This document shows, piece after piece, positions 62,826 through 64,000 of a DNA stretch of 64,000 bases. Position 1 is the stretch's first letter. Each line of letters opens with the position of its first letter. The notes beneath the pieces are model-generated. The model ran no database searches. It had not been told where the DNA came from and saw nothing but the letters and a program-made list of their open reading frames with translations. Location of the stretch: contig NC_045696.1 of the NCBI RefSeq assembly GCF_009834535.1, forward strand, positions 84,570,001-84,634,000, given 5' to 3'. Source of the DNA: Camelus ferus. Its lineage: Eukaryota. The translations under genes were made by a program, and so were the position numbers.

Positions 62826-63485
62826 GTTTAAAAAGTTAAACAGAGATATCTAAGACATACACATCACTCAAATCAAACTTATAAAGATGAAATCAATATA
62901 GTCTGAGATGAAAAATGCATTGGATGGGATTAGAGGCAGATTAAATATTGCAGATGAGAGGATTAGAGAATTTGAAGATAAAGCCATAAAAATCTATCTA
63001 AAATGAAACACACAAGAAAAATAACTAAAACAAATTTAAAGTACACCAATGAGATGCACACTGGACAACTTCACATGGTTGAATATATGTATAATTTAAG
63101 TCCTTGATGTATATGAAGTAACAACAATAAAAAATTATTTGAAGAAATTACAACTGGAAAATTTTTTAATTGATGAAAAATATATACCCACAGGTCCAAA
63201 GAGTTCAACAAACCCAAACACAAGAAACATGTATAAAATTATACCAAGGAACTTGATAATTAAATTGTTAAAAACCATTGATAAAGATAAAATTGAAAAA
63301 GCAGTCAGAGGAAAAACCTTATTTCGTACAACAGAACAAACAAAGATGATACCACATCGCTCATCAGAAACAATGCAAGCCAGAAGAAAGTGTTACTACA
63401 TTATAAAGTACTGGAAAAAAAAAAAACAACAAATGCTCAATTTGTAATTTGATATTCAGTAGAAATATATTTCACAATTGAAAGA
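61960..63485 (+). mobile_element. Old L1 5'UTR plus ORF1 remnant
   Basis: ORF 63139-63447 reads IPRNLIIKLLKTIDKDKIEKAVRGK...SSETMQARRK (L1 ORF1p RRM/CTD); coiled-coil region ttggatgggattagaggcagatta upstream. Confidence 0.88.
62788..62825. repeat. (ATT)n microsatellite
   Basis: About 12 ATT units. Confidence 0.9.
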
Positions 63486-63489
63486 GAGA

Positions 63490-64000
63490 ATTCTGGTTCC
63501 AGGGTATAATGGCATAGATTCAGTTTTCCTTGCTACTCCCTTCGAAATACAATTAAATTTCTGAAAATAATTAAACAGCCAATCATAAAATCATTCTGAA
63601 ATTTGGAAAGAAGAAGATAGACTGGCTAGAGACTTCAGAGTTTTAAAGAAAGTCCATGATTAGTTCCCTGGATTTTTTTTTTTTTAATCTTCCATATATC
63701 CTCAACTGTAAGTTAAGAGGCCTGTAATCCAGAATCAACAACAAACATAGAAAAATAAATACATTAAAAGAAAAGTCTACCTTCTCTTGACAAAGACACA
63801 GGAAAAGGAAATCTAGCATGGATGTCCTTAGTGGTAAACACCTATCCATGGCAAAGAGGTGCCAACAGGGTTCAGTAGACCAACCCATTCTCCACTCGCA
63901 CTCACTGGTTAACAGGTGGGCCAGACTGCCTTTAGCAGCAGAACTCAACGTGGGACCCAGGCAACCCCATCCCCCACCCAAGTCAGATGTCAGTAGGTGA
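63490..64000 (+). mobile_element. Old L1 5'UTR start (runs off the window)
   Basis: ttctggttccagggtataatggc start; gaaagaagaagatagactggctagagacttcag and gtgagttccctgg-like motifs of L1M 5' ends. Confidence 0.55.

Noticed and set aside
63139..63447. Domesticated ORF1-like gene (L1TD1-type)
   Set aside because: A short frameshifted piece within a decayed L1, with a non-ATG start.

Overview
This window is AT-rich, CpG-depleted placental-mammal DNA. It is most likely camelid, based on a Vic-1-type tRNA-Ala SINE and a camelid-like young L1 3' end, both recognised by eye. I find no credible host coding exon, so it reads as gene desert or the interior of a large intron. The supplied ORFs are either spurious or fall in transposon fossils. 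The window is dominated by decayed TEs: L1 of several ages, L2, MIR, MaLR/ERVL/ERV1 LTRs, and hAT and Tigger DNA elements. The most notable structures are (1) a U6 snRNA retrocopy fused to a 61-nt foreign segment inside one 13-bp TSD; (2) a ~0.7-kb L1 mosaic of 5'UTR, ORF1 C-terminus and 3' end; (3) a twin-primed 5'-inverted young L1 in a three-level L1 nest; (4) an intact ERV1-type solo LTR with a 4-bp TSD inside a MIR; and (5) several exact inverted and tandem micro-duplications and TF-motif clusters. I cannot support a wholly new biological system. TE subfamily names come from remembered consensus sequences and old-element boundaries are approximate; both need RepeatMasker/Dfam confirmation.
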